From: a bacterium | GTDB taxonomy: Bacteria; B130-G9 | Reading direction: 5' to 3' | Assembly (NCBI GenBank): GCA_035527515.1 | Contig: DATLAJ010000114.1 | Span: forward strand, 7,994 to 71,993 | DNA: 64,000 bases | Shown: positions 26,250 to 35,782 of the stretch, piece after piece | Layout: every line of letters starts with the position of its first letter | How positions within the stretch are numbered: position 1 is the first letter of the stretch | Program-made: the position numbers and the translations under genes | Notes under the pieces: generated by a model | Seen by the model: the letters and a program-made list of their open reading frames with translations, nothing else | What the model was told of the DNA's origin: nothing | Databases searched by the model: none

Positions 26250-27860
26250 ATGAGAATGTATCGAAAAGCCGGATTCCTGATTGTGTTGGTGTTGCTGGCG
26301 ATGACCGGACCCTCGGCCCTCGCTGAAACGCAAGACTGCAAATGGGATGAGACGCCAGTCTCCTGTGCATCGACCACTTGGTACGACATCGCCCGCGAAG
26401 GCGGCGTCAAGTCGTTCGACGATTTCACAGACGAGGAGATCACGAAGTTTATAGACCAGCGCTACATTGACGGAAAGGTCGAGACAAAGGACTGGTTCGA
26501 TTCGTCGCGCCTCTTCAACTCGGCTTGTTTCTTGGCGGATAGGGAAGAGGATGCTGGAACGCGAGCTAGGCTGCTCATGATCGCGCTCAAGGCCGCTGAG
26601 CAGACGATGACACAGAACCCGGACAACATTGAGATCGGCCTCACCGCGAGCAGAATGGAGCCGGTAGATAAGTGGTTCTGTGGCATAATTTTGAGGTTGA
26701 TCGAAAATCCTGGCACGAGCTTCAAGTATGCCGCCATCCGGCACTACGACACCTACAACTTGCGGCTCGCTTTGGGAGAGAAGAAGGCCGCCAAGGCTGC
26801 CATTGAGGATGCCTACACCTTGTGCCCGAAGGACGTTATCATCCGAAATGCCGTCATCAAGCTGCGGACGGAGATGAAGGACCTCGCCGGCGCGGCTGAT
26901 GTGATCAAAGATGAGGACAAGAGCCCCACGAGCGAGATGTGGGCCATATCGGCCGAGGCGACAAAGGCCCAGCGCATGGGCGACATACATCTGAAAGAGG
27001 GCAAAATTGACGAGTCGCGTTCGGAACTGCTGAAGGCGTGGGACGCGCTTGACCGTCTTCAGAAGAAGAAGGAAGAGCTCGGATTCGCGGGCGTGCCCAT
27101 CGTTGACCTCTCTCGCAACCGCTGTGCTACCAGCCTCGGCCTGATTGCCCTCAAGCAGGGAGATCCTCAGGAGGCGAGGCGCTGGCTGAAGGCATCGCTC
27201 ACGTTCGACATGTTCATGGAGTATAAGGGCTACGACATGCGGCTGGTCGAGAAGGCGGTTTCCGTGCCAGCCTTGAAGCCCGAGTCCATCGATTATCTCA
27301 AGGCGGCGAGCGTCCTCGGAACCGACAAGATGAAGGACGAGGCGTTTGCGATGCTCAAGGCTCTCAGCCCGGGTATCACGAAGAAGGACCTGCCGGACGT
27401 TTCCTTTGAGGCGACCGTCCCCAAGCGGTTAATCAACATCGCCACCAAGTGCGAGGATGCAAGAAAGTTGCTCTCAGAGGGGGACCTGGAGAAAGCCCGA
27501 AAGATGCTTTTGGACGTCTGGGCCCAATATCAGGCGATCATCTCGGACGACAAGCTCGCCAGCATCGCATACAGAGAGGGTGTGGCGTCCATGCGCAACC
27601 ACTGCGCAACGCTGCTTGGCCTGGTCGCGCAGGAGCAAGGCGACCTCTACAAGGCTGTTTATTGGCTCCGAGCGTCAACCGAGGATAGCGAGCAGGGGCA
27701 CCTGCCGAAGGCCTACGACTTGGACCTGGTGGAGAAGCTCAGTTGGGAGCCCTCGCTCAGAGCGGACTGCACTAGATATCTCGAGCTCGCCTCGAAGGCT
27801 AGCGAAGAGCAGACCAGGACGAGGGCGAAGGAGCTTTTGGACAAGCTCAAGAGCAAATAA
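26250..27860 (+). CDS. secreted alpha-helical (TPR-like) hypothetical protein
   Basis: Signal peptide MRMYRKAGFLIVLVLLAMTGPSALA. Repeated blocks CATSLGLIALKQGDPQEARRWLKAS and CATLLGLVAQEQGDLYKAVYWLRAS. The overlapping antisense track ORF 26004-26990 is judged spurious. Confidence 0.6.
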   Translation: MRMYRKAGFLIVLVLLAMTGPSALAETQDCKWDETPVSCASTTWYDIAREGGVKSFDDFTDEEITKFIDQRYIDGKVETKDWFDSSRLFNSACFLADREEDAGTRARLLMIALKAAEQTMTQNPDNIEIGLTASRMEPVDKWFCGIILRLIENPGTSFKYAAIRHYDTYNLRLALGEKKAAKAAIEDAYTLCPKDVIIRNAVIKLRTEMKDLAGAADVIKDEDKSPTSEMWAISAEATKAQRMGDIHLKEGKIDESRSELLKAWDALDRLQKKKEELGFAGVPIVDLSRNRCATSLGLIALKQGDPQEARRWLKASLTFDMFMEYKGYDMRLVEKAVSVPALKPESIDYLKAASVLGTDKMKDEAFAMLKALSPGITKKDLPDVSFEATVPKRLINIATKCEDARKLLSEGDLEKARKMLLDVWAQYQAIISDDKLASIAYREGVASMRNHCATLLGLVAQEQGDLYKAVYWLRASTEDSEQGHLPKAYDLDLVEKLSWEPSLRADCTRYLELASKASEEQTRTRAKELLDKLKSK

Positions 27861-27975
27861 ACGGGACGGCCGGGCTGAACGTCTCAGGTGGCGATCATCA
27901 GGCGCTATAGCTACGAGACCGTTTCAGCCGCGGCGTTTGACAGCGATTGGCCTTCTGATGCACAATTGCCCAGCA

Positions 27976-29061
27976 ATGGCAGATAAGCCCCTTGTCTCCG
28001 TCATCATCGCCAACTGGAACGGGACCTCTCATCTTGAGGAGTGTCTGGCGAGCATCGAGGCCCAGACATACCCAAGTATCGAGACGGTGCTGGTCGATAA
28101 CGCCTCGATTGATGGCTCGGTCGAGCTGATTGGTGCGGACTTCCCCGAAATCAAGTTGATAGAAAACGATGTAAATCGTGGCTATTGTGCAAGCAACAAC
28201 CAGGGGGCGCGCGAGGCGTCCGGCGAGCTGCTCTTTCTGCTCAACAACGACACCATCATCGCGCCAGGCTGCGTTGAGCAGATGGTCAAAGCCCTGCGAG
28301 AGCAGGGCGAGCGCTGCATTGGGTGTTTCCCCAAGGTAGTATTTCATTCCGACCCCCATATCATAAACGCCATTGGCACGACCTGGCACGCCCACTGCCA
28401 CTGGCGCGACGCCCGTGTCGGCCAGATAGACCTGGGCCAGTTCTCACACTCCGAGCGCGTGTTCGGGTCAATCTTCCCGGCGGTCTTGCTCCGGCGAGAT
28501 ATGTTCCTGAAGATTGGCATGTTTGACGAGACGATGTTCTCCTACTGTGAGGATTTCGATCTGTGCTATCGAGCCAACATACTTGGCTACCACTTCGTCA
28601 CCGCCCCTCAAGCGGTCGTCAGGCATAAGTACCGCTCGACAGCAAAGTCTGCGTTTCACGAGAGGTGGCAGCACTATTTCTTCATGCGAAACTACCTTTA
28701 CGTCTTTCTGAAGAACTACTCGCTGAAAAGCCTCATCCGCCATTTCCCCTACGCCTTCTATCGCTACATCGCGAAGTCCGCCGTCGCCTCCATGAAAGGA
28801 CATGACTTCAGGGCGTTTCTGCTTCACGCCCGTGCCGTCGCCTTCGTCCTCGGCAAGCTGCCGAAATTGCTTAGAGCTCGCCGGTTTGTGCAGAAGAACA
28901 GGGCCCGGAGTGATGAGGACGTCTGGAGCTTTTCAAACGTCGAGCACTACAACATATTTCATCATCTAGGCAGGCCAGTTCTAAGCCTGCTGAACGTGCG
29001 AGTCGGCATGACTGGCCTCACCGAGTATCACGTGGGCAATAGGGAGTATCAGGTTGAGTAG
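27976..29061 (+). CDS. family 2 glycosyltransferase
   Basis: Start refined to ATG 27976 (MADKPLVSVIIANWNGTSHLEECL...VLVDNASIDGS). The track's upstream 173 codons are out of frame with the preceding gene and lack protein-like features. The DxD-type motif CEDFDL is present. Confidence 0.8.
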   Translation: MADKPLVSVIIANWNGTSHLEECLASIEAQTYPSIETVLVDNASIDGSVELIGADFPEIKLIENDVNRGYCASNNQGAREASGELLFLLNNDTIIAPGCVEQMVKALREQGERCIGCFPKVVFHSDPHIINAIGTTWHAHCHWRDARVGQIDLGQFSHSERVFGSIFPAVLLRRDMFLKIGMFDETMFSYCEDFDLCYRANILGYHFVTAPQAVVRHKYRSTAKSAFHERWQHYFFMRNYLYVFLKNYSLKSLIRHFPYAFYRYIAKSAVASMKGHDFRAFLLHARAVAFVLGKLPKLLRARRFVQKNRARSDEDVWSFSNVEHYNIFHHLGRPVLSLLNVRVGMTGLTEYHVGNREYQVE

Positions 29062-30658
29062 AAGGCTTTGGTCTCGGCCAACAGTCTGGACAGCGGTCGC
29101 GCTGATACTGCTGGCTCTCGTCGTTTCCTGTGGCTGCTCTCTCACTGGCACTGGCCGGCATTACCGGGCAGGCACGATCACTGTGCTGGAGACGAACGAC
29201 GTTCACAGCCATCTGTTCCCCTGGACATATAAGCCTAAGTCGTCAACAGCAGTCAAGGTCGGCGGGCTTGCGCGCATCGCCACAGTCGTGAGCCAGGTCC
29301 GGGAACGCGAGCGGAACGTTCTGCTGCTCGACGCGGGCGACATTTTCTACCCCTATTCACTCAACCGTTGGCGTGCCCGGCCCGAAATCGGCGCCATGAA
29401 CCTGATCGGCTACGATTGCTCGGCGGTCGGCAATCACGAGTTTGACCTCGGCGACGGGCAGCTTGGCGAGGCGCTGGATCTGGCCGAGTTCCCGTTTTTG
29501 TCTGCGAACATGGACGTCAGCCAGTCTTTGCCGCTTGCCGGAAAGGTCCAAAGCTACGTAATCAAGAGCGTGGGCGGTCACACAGTCGGCATATTCGGCC
29601 TCATCACGCCTAATCTGCACGATATTTCCAGCCCCAGTAAGCAGGTGAAGGTTGACAGCGATCTCGTGGCCAAGGTCGTAGAGATGGTCTCATACCTGAG
29701 GCCAAGGGCCGACCTGGTGTTTGCTCTGACGCACATCGGCCTTCGTCAGGATGTCAAGCTCGCCCGTTCCGTCAGCGGCATCGACGTCATCTTCGGCGGC
29801 CACTCACACGACGCGCTAGAAAAGCCGATCGAAGTTACGAATCCGGCCGGAAAACGGACGCTGATTGTCCAGTCCGGTTGCTACGGCAGGTTCGTCGGCA
29901 AGCTTCAACTTGAGTGCTCCCCTGATGGCATCGCGTCATATCAATGGTCGCTTCTGAACGTAGATGAGAGCGTCGAGGACGATGTGCGAGTAGCGTCCTT
30001 CCTCGAGCCGTTTCGGCCCGCCGACGAGGAGCAGGTCGGCATCATAGAGGCCGATCTCAAGCTCTTCGGAGCGGAGCTTCTGGCCACGGATTCAACAGTC
30101 GGCACCCTTGTCTGCGACGCCATTGCGGAGCAATTCCCAACCGCGGCCGTCGTCGCCGTGAACTCGGGCGGCATCCGAGGGGATTTTCAGCCAGCAGGCC
30201 CGATAACCAGGTCCCGAATTGACGAGATACTGCCATTTCGCAACCAGATCGTGCTTGTCTGGGTCTCAGGCTCGGAGCTCGAATCGATGCTCGAGCGCTC
30301 TGTCCAGGCGCTGCCACGGCCGAGCGGTGGGTTCCTTCAACTAAGTGGGCTTGAGGTTACGGTTCGGCTCGCCAGGCGGCCCGTGTTGGTCGGGAGGGAA
30401 GGCAAGCCCGTCAGGCCGGGGGAGAGAATCGTGAGCGTGTCGGTAGGTGGCAAGCCGCTGGACGAGCGTGAGAACTACCTCATTGCCACGATCGACTACC
30501 TCGCTGGGGGCGGCGACGGCTACATGGAGCTCGCTCGGGCCAAGAATCGCATCCTGACGGGCAAGACCCTGAACGACATTCTGGCAGACTACATAAAATC
30601 GCACTCCCCGCTTCATCCGAGGCGCCGGAGAGCCTACCGATTTGTATGGGATGAGTAA
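29054..30658 (+). CDS. bifunctional metallophosphatase/5'-nucleotidase (UshA-like) lipoprotein
   Basis: Lipobox LVVSCGCS. Metallophosphoesterase motifs ETNDVHSHL, LLLDAGDIFYP, AVGNHEFD and GGHSHD, plus the C-terminal 5'-nucleotidase domain. Confidence 0.8.
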   Translation: MSRRLWSRPTVWTAVALILLALVVSCGCSLTGTGRHYRAGTITVLETNDVHSHLFPWTYKPKSSTAVKVGGLARIATVVSQVRERERNVLLLDAGDIFYPYSLNRWRARPEIGAMNLIGYDCSAVGNHEFDLGDGQLGEALDLAEFPFLSANMDVSQSLPLAGKVQSYVIKSVGGHTVGIFGLITPNLHDISSPSKQVKVDSDLVAKVVEMVSYLRPRADLVFALTHIGLRQDVKLARSVSGIDVIFGGHSHDALEKPIEVTNPAGKRTLIVQSGCYGRFVGKLQLECSPDGIASYQWSLLNVDESVEDDVRVASFLEPFRPADEEQVGIIEADLKLFGAELLATDSTVGTLVCDAIAEQFPTAAVVAVNSGGIRGDFQPAGPITRSRIDEILPFRNQIVLVWVSGSELESMLERSVQALPRPSGGFLQLSGLEVTVRLARRPVLVGREGKPVRPGERIVSVSVGGKPLDERENYLIATIDYLAGGGDGYMELARAKNRILTGKTLNDILADYIKSHSPLHPRRRRAYRFVWDE

Positions 30659-30670
30659 CAGGAGTCGCAA

Positions 30671-31969
30671 GTGCTAGAGAGCTACTTCCGACTGAAGGAG
30701 AACAACACCACGGTCAAGACCGAGATTACGGCCGGCTTGGTTACGTTCATGACAATGGCCTACATCGTGTTCGTCAATCCGACCATACTATCCGACCCCC
30801 ATGGCGCTGGGATGAGTTTCTCAGGCGTCTTGGTTGCGACCTGCATCGCCTCATTCTTCGCGACCTTGATGATGGCCTTTGTCGCCCGCTATCCGATTGC
30901 ACTTGCGCCCGGCATGGGCCTGAACGCCTATTTCAGCTACATAATCTGCGGGGCAATGGGCGTCCCGTGGCAAATAGCGCTGGGTATCGTGTTCCTGTCG
31001 GGCCTGACCTTCACCATCCTGACCCTGCTCAAGGTGAGAGAGATGCTCGTCGATGCGATTCCCGCAGGTCTGAAGCTCGCCACGGCCGCGGGCATCGGCC
31101 TGTTTATCGCGTTCGTCGGCCTACAACACGCCGGCATCGTCGCCCGGAACCCGAACACTTTCGTTACCTTTGGGGACATTTCCAAGGCGCCGGCCCTCGT
31201 TGCATTGTTCGGCCTTGTTCTGACAGCTATGCTCGTCGCAAGGAAGGTCAAGGGCGGGATTCTCTTCGGCCTGCTCGCAACCGGCGTTGTCGCCGTCATC
31301 TCGGGCATCACGACGTTTGAGGGCGTCATCAGCACGCCGGACTTCAGCTCAGTAATGTTCAAACTCGACATCCTTGGGGCACTCAGTCTCGACTATGTCG
31401 TCCCCATCATCGTCCTTCTGTTTTTCGATATGTTCGACACCATCGGAACGCTCATCGGCGTGAGCGAGCAGTGCGGCTTCGTCAAGAACGACAAGCTGCC
31501 CAGAATCAACCGAGCTTTGCTGTCCGACTCGGTCGGCACCATGGCCGGTGCGGCCTGCGGAACGTCAACGGTAACGAGCTACATCGAGAGCGCCGCAGGC
31601 GTCATCGAGGGCGGCAGGACCGGGCTTGCGTCCGTGATGACCGCGCTTCTATTCCTCGTCGCCATGTTCTTCACGCCTTTAGCAAAAGCGTTCGCAACCG
31701 GCTGCGTTACGGCGCCTGCGCTGATCATAGTCGGCTGCCTAATGATGCAGAACATCAAGAAGATCAGGTGGGAGGACTTCACCGAGGCAATCCCAGCCTT
31801 CCTCACGATCATACTCATGCCGCTAACGTTCAGCATCGCCAACGGACTCGCGCTCGGGTTCATCAGCTATCCCCTCGTCAAAGTGGCGGCCGGCAGGTCA
31901 AAAGAAGTCCACTGGCTGGTCTATGTGTTGGCCGGCATATTCCTTTTGAGGTACATTTTCCTGCATTAG
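30671..31969 (+). CDS. NCS2/AzgA-family purine (adenine/guanine/hypoxanthine) permease
   Basis: GTG start. N-terminus MLESYFRLKENNTTVKTEITAGLVTFMTMAYIVFVNP is the family signature. About 12 TM helices. Confidence 0.8.
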   Translation: MLESYFRLKENNTTVKTEITAGLVTFMTMAYIVFVNPTILSDPHGAGMSFSGVLVATCIASFFATLMMAFVARYPIALAPGMGLNAYFSYIICGAMGVPWQIALGIVFLSGLTFTILTLLKVREMLVDAIPAGLKLATAAGIGLFIAFVGLQHAGIVARNPNTFVTFGDISKAPALVALFGLVLTAMLVARKVKGGILFGLLATGVVAVISGITTFEGVISTPDFSSVMFKLDILGALSLDYVVPIIVLLFFDMFDTIGTLIGVSEQCGFVKNDKLPRINRALLSDSVGTMAGAACGTSTVTSYIESAAGVIEGGRTGLASVMTALLFLVAMFFTPLAKAFATGCVTAPALIIVGCLMMQNIKKIRWEDFTEAIPAFLTIILMPLTFSIANGLALGFISYPLVKVAAGRSKEVHWLVYVLAGIFLLRYIFLH

Positions 31970-32020
31970 CGACCACGCCGGTATCCTCGCGACCCCGAAT
32001 GGGTCGAACAGCCCGTCCAC

Positions 32021-32054
32021 AGGGCTATGTTTAGCCCTTTCAGGGCTATTTTCC
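32021..32054 (+). terminator. rho-independent terminator after permease gene
   Basis: AGGGCTAtgttTAGCCCTttcAGGGCTATTTTCC: alternative 7-bp stems followed by a T-run. Confidence 0.45.
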
Positions 32055-32105
32055 TTTCTTCCTCTGACCCTGATCCGTAGGTTTCACCTACGGCTACTCA
32101 CGTTC

Positions 32106-32173
32106 ATCCCCTTGCGGGGATGCGGGAAGAACGCCGTCAGTTGAGCAGGCCCGGGCACGATTACGAAAACTCA
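32106..32173. repeat. conserved 68-bp upstream element, copy Y1
   Basis: atccccttgcggggatgcgggaagaacgccgtcagttgagcaggcccgggcacgattacgaaaact is about 90% identical to 33844-33910, with the terminal hairpin flipped (ccccTTGCgggg versus ccccGCAAggg). Confidence 0.6.
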
Positions 32174-32187
32174 TCCCAGATGCCAGG

Positions 32188-32216
32188 TTGACACATTCTT
32201 GCCGACTCGCTATAAA
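32188..32216 (+). promoter_or_regulatory. sigma70-like promoter TTGACA-17-TATAAA for B12-binding radical SAM gene
   Basis: Perfect -35 ttgaca (32188-32193), a 17-nt spacer, tataaa (32211-32216), 15 nt downstream of element Y1. Confidence 0.45.
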
Positions 32217-32264
32217 CTGCTCTCGCAAGCACACATCAGAGCACTTAAAGATGAGACTAGACAG

Positions 32265-33704
32265 GTGAAGAATCGCGATATTAGGATACTTTTTGTGAAC
32301 CCCGGCCGGGGTATCTACGACATGCCGCCGTTGGGTGTCTGCTACTTGAGTTCCTATCTTAAAAAGTATGGGACCAACACATACAAGACTGTTCTCGCCG
32401 ATGAATACGCTGGACACAATCCGATCAAGGTGGCGAGACAGTTTGAGCCTGATATTATCGGCTTTTCGAGCGCGACAGCCCAGTATCACAGAGCCACCCG
32501 GCTGGCCAGAAAAATGCGAAGGTTCTCAAATGCACCTCTCGTCATCGGCGGGCTGCATCCGACTGCTCTGCCAGAGCAGGTCATCAAGGAGGGCTTCTTC
32601 GATATCGCTGTCGTCTCCGAGGCGGAGCGCTCCTTCACACACCTGGTCGATGCTCTTGCCGCCTCGGGCTTTGCGCTCGACAGCGGCGTGCTGCGGCAGA
32701 TTCCGGGCATAGCGTTCAGGTCTGACGATGAGATTGTGCTCACTGAGCCGCCGAAGTTCATCGATGACCTCGATACGATCCCCTTCCCAGACAGGTCTCT
32801 GCTCGACCTTACGCACTACCTCCATCGCAACGCCGCTATCCGGAGCATGATCACCAGAAACACGACGCTAATGACGTCGCGAGGCTGTCCGTTTAGGTGC
32901 ATATACTGCATCTCAGTGCATCGGCGCCAGCTTCGCGAACACTCGCCCGAATACGTCATAGAGGAGATGCAGAGCTTGGTTCGGGACTACAACCTTGAGG
33001 GGCTTTGTATAATCGACGACACCTTCATCTTTGACGGGAAGCGGGCCTCGCGCATCGCCGAGCTAATGCTCCAGACAGGAATCGCACGACGGCTCAAGTG
33101 GCCGTGTTACGGACGGGCCAACATCGTCAGCAGGTGCGAGGATTCCTTCATCAACCTCCTCAAGAAGGCGGGCATGGCCCAGATGGAGTTCGGCTTCGAG
33201 AGCGCCTCAAAACGAGTGCTTCAGTTCCTCAAAGGCAAGGGCGTAACCCCTGAAGACAACGAGGCCACGCTCGACCGGCTGGAACGCCTCAATGTCCGGG
33301 CGCTCGCGACATTTCTGACCGGAGTGCCAACCGAGACTGCCGAAGAGAGCAGAATGACCGTGGAGTTCATTCGCCGAAACTTCGAGCGGCTGGCATACTT
33401 TGAGATACTTTATTTGGTCCCGTACCCCGGCACGAGGGTCTGGGAGATGCACCACATGGATGACATCATCTCGCCCAACCTGTGGCAAAACTACAAGATC
33501 GGCCTGAACAAGAGGTTCCCCGTCGATTCAGAGTTCACAAGGAACATCGATTACGAGACTGCCACCAAGGCTGTCAATGAGGTCATGTCGATGATGGTCA
33601 AAAAACAGAAGCTCACGTATAACCTTCGCTTCCTGCGAGACCGGTTGAGGATTGCCCCACTCGACACTGTCAAGAAAGTCGCCGCACATTTCCTTGGCCG
33701 GTAG
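32265..33704 (+). CDS. B12-binding-domain radical SAM protein (class B)
   Basis: GTG 32265 start (VKNRDIRILFVNP...) is preferred over the track's TTG 32199, which would place the promoter inside the gene. It has an N-terminal cobalamin-binding-like domain and a radical SAM CxxxCxxC site SRGCPFRCIYC. Confidence 0.8.
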   Translation: MKNRDIRILFVNPGRGIYDMPPLGVCYLSSYLKKYGTNTYKTVLADEYAGHNPIKVARQFEPDIIGFSSATAQYHRATRLARKMRRFSNAPLVIGGLHPTALPEQVIKEGFFDIAVVSEAERSFTHLVDALAASGFALDSGVLRQIPGIAFRSDDEIVLTEPPKFIDDLDTIPFPDRSLLDLTHYLHRNAAIRSMITRNTTLMTSRGCPFRCIYCISVHRRQLREHSPEYVIEEMQSLVRDYNLEGLCIIDDTFIFDGKRASRIAELMLQTGIARRLKWPCYGRANIVSRCEDSFINLLKKAGMAQMEFGFESASKRVLQFLKGKGVTPEDNEATLDRLERLNVRALATFLTGVPTETAEESRMTVEFIRRNFERLAYFEILYLVPYPGTRVWEMHHMDDIISPNLWQNYKIGLNKRFPVDSEFTRNIDYETATKAVNEVMSMMVKKQKLTYNLRFLRDRLRIAPLDTVKKVAAHFLGR

Positions 33705-33843
33705 CAGCACCGTGCCGAGCTCGACTACCCCAGACAATTCACACAAAGAAGATCGAGAAAACAAGCATGATGAGTTTCCCCATTCTGTCTTGGAATGGTT
33801 CATGGCATCGCTTTCGTTTCACGGGGCTTGATAGGCGCTGCGA

Positions 33844-33910
33844 ATCCCCGCAAGGGCATGCAGGAAGAACGTCGTCAGTCGAGCAGGTCCGGGTACGATT
33901 ACGAAAACTT
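33844..33910. repeat. conserved 68-bp upstream element, copy Y2
   Basis: atccccgcaagggcatgcaggaagaacgtcgtcagtcgagcaggtccgggtacgattacgaaaact lies about 95 nt upstream of nth. Track ORFs 32094-32489(-) and 33739-34323(-) merely translate it. Confidence 0.6.
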
Positions 33911-34005
33911 TCCGCGAGGGGGCACACTTGACTTTTTGCTCGCCCAATCCAAGCTTTTGAGGCATCGGATAGTGTGCTCAATGAGACTTTAACTGGCGAG
34001 GGGCA

Positions 34006-34674
34006 ATGAGCGAGAGCAGCAAAATGAAGGCCGAGCGTCTTGGAGAGGTCTATGCAATCCTTGAGGCGCGATATCCTGACGCGAGGCTGCGGCTCGATTT
34101 CAGAACTCCGCTGGACCTGCTGGTGGCATCCATACTGGCTGCCCGGTGCAGGGACGAAGTTGTCAACAGGACGACCGCGTCGCTGTTTGCGGATTATAGG
34201 ACGGCTAAGGACTACGCGGACGCCGACGTCGAGACGCTCGAGGCGGAGCTCGGTAGCCTTCCCATGTTCAGGCGTAAGGCCCGGAGCATCAAGGCAGCGT
34301 GCGAGTCCCTGGTGGCGGAGCATGGCGGCAAGGTGCCTGCCGATGTCGGTGCGCTGACTGCGCTCAAGGGAGTTGGCCGAAAGACAGCCAACTTGGTGCT
34401 TTCAAACGCCTTCGGCCAGCCTGCAATCGTTGTCGATACTCATGTCTTGCGCATCTGTGAGCGGTTGGATCTTTCGAGCGGAACGGATCGTGACAGAACT
34501 GAACGGGAGCTGATGAGAATGCTGCCAGAGAACAGATGGTCCCATCTGGCGCACATCTTCTCCGATTTTGGGCGCGAGACGTGCAAGGCACAAAACCCCA
34601 GGTGCGCTCTCTGCCCTGTTGCCAAGCTCTGTCCTTACATCAAGAAACGACGAGGGGTTGCGATTGAAACCTGA
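34006..34674 (+). CDS. nth: endonuclease III (DNA glycosylase/AP lyase)
   Basis: HhH-GPD block LPGVGRKTANLVL, catalytic Lys/Asp region DTHVLRI, and the 4Fe-4S cluster CKAQNPRCALCPVAKLC. Confidence 0.85.
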   Translation: MSESSKMKAERLGEVYAILEARYPDARLRLDFRTPLDLLVASILAARCRDEVVNRTTASLFADYRTAKDYADADVETLEAELGSLPMFRRKARSIKAACESLVAEHGGKVPADVGALTALKGVGRKTANLVLSNAFGQPAIVVDTHVLRICERLDLSSGTDRDRTERELMRMLPENRWSHLAHIFSDFGRETCKAQNPRCALCPVAKLCPYIKKRRGVAIET

Positions 34675-34705
34675 AGGGCGATCGGTCGTGCTAGAGCGAG
34701 TGCCT

Positions 34706-35686
34706 ATGATGTCGGTCGACCGGGGCCGTTGCACACTTGTTCTGGCGATTCAGACAGTTCTAAGATACCTTGGGCAGAAGGTTGACTACGACTACTTGAT
34801 GGGTATGTCCGGGGCTGGCTTCCTGTTCTACGTCAACCCCAAGGAGCCGGTTGCGGCCAAATGGTGCGAGGCGATGCGGGAGCGATGGTTGCACATCGTC
34901 TCGGATGCTGTCGGTCTGGAGCTGAGGCTCGTCGATACGGAAGAGACGTTGTTTGCGCGCGACCCCGAGGCACACTTCTATAAGGCATTTGGCAAGGAGG
35001 TCGTGGAGAGCCTCGAGTCGAGGCGGCCGTGTCTTGGGTTCACATGTTTTAAGGGGCCTCAGTGGGACGTAATAGCGGGTTTTTCGGACGGTCGGCTGCT
35101 GTGTCGGAGTATCCACAACAAGACGTCTTCGAGCGGCTTGATTGACCGCATTCAGCCCTATGACCGGAATGAGTTGTGGCCATCCAAGATCATAGTGCTC
35201 GGTCAAGAAAAGAGCGTCCCCCCACGATTGGAGATGATAGCCAAAGCGATCGAGGTTGGTCTGGAGATCGGGCGTGGCATCTGCGACGATGCGGGCAGCG
35301 GGCCGCTTACCGGACCGCTAGCTTTGAGCGCATGGGCTGAGCTTTTGGCGGAGAGAGCATCGGCAAACGACCTTGCGGCGCATGAGCAGTTGCGGAAGAC
35401 GTTGATAGATTCCCGCATCTCTCTGGAACGCTTCCTCAGGTGGGTTGAGACGGAGCTTGGCCGGGAGCTTGGGCCTGACGTGGGGAGAGCCAGAAAGCGC
35501 TTCTCGGAGTCGTTTGAGATGCTGCTCTCGACGGACTTCACGGAGGAGACGATGGCCGATGGTGATTCCTGCGGAAGGGCAGTCCAGCGCATAAGGTCTC
35601 TTCAGGAGATCGAGAGCGAGGCGTTCAGGTATCTTGAGAGCGTCCATGATGGGCTAAATGCCTCCGGGCAGGTGAGCTGCGAATGA
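34706..35686 (+). CDS. BtrH_N/DUF4872-like domain protein (paralog of CDS 1-806 C-terminal region)
   Basis: Start refined to ATG 34706 (MMSVDRGRCTLVLAIQTVLRYLG). The shared blocks DYDYLMGMSGAGFLF and GPQWDVIAGF correspond to YDYKYLMGISGTAF and PEWGVITGY in the first gene. Confidence 0.55.
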   Translation: MMSVDRGRCTLVLAIQTVLRYLGQKVDYDYLMGMSGAGFLFYVNPKEPVAAKWCEAMRERWLHIVSDAVGLELRLVDTEETLFARDPEAHFYKAFGKEVVESLESRRPCLGFTCFKGPQWDVIAGFSDGRLLCRSIHNKTSSSGLIDRIQPYDRNELWPSKIIVLGQEKSVPPRLEMIAKAIEVGLEIGRGICDDAGSGPLTGPLALSAWAELLAERASANDLAAHEQLRKTLIDSRISLERFLRWVETELGRELGPDVGRARKRFSESFEMLLSTDFTEETMADGDSCGRAVQRIRSLQEIESEAFRYLESVHDGLNASGQVSCE

Positions 35687-35782
35687 ACTTTAATGGGCAG
35701 TGCCATGAAGGCCATAAAGCGGGTCCGTCGCAAGGAGCGCTGGCTAGAAGAGGCGCCATGAGTTTCACGTTGGAGGCGCCTG

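Noticed and set aside
26004-26990. 328-aa minus-strand ORF in the supplied track
   Set aside because: It lies entirely antisense to the well-supported secreted protein gene 26250-27860, is Arg/Gly/Pro-rich as expected for an antisense frame in high-GC DNA, and has no motifs. Judged spurious.
27457-27975. 5' extension of the GT2 gene (track ORF 27457-29061)
   Set aside because: The first 173 codons overlap the upstream gene in another frame and are Arg/Ser/Pro-rich with no protein-like features. The canonical GT2 N-terminus begins at ATG 27976, preceded by a TTGACA-like promoter.
32094-32489. Minus-strand ORFs 32094-32489 and 33739-34323 sharing CSTDGVLPASPQGD / CSTDDVLPACPCGD
   Set aside because: The shared peptide is just the translation of the 68-bp Y element. 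The remainder of each ORF overlaps real plus-strand genes or promoters.
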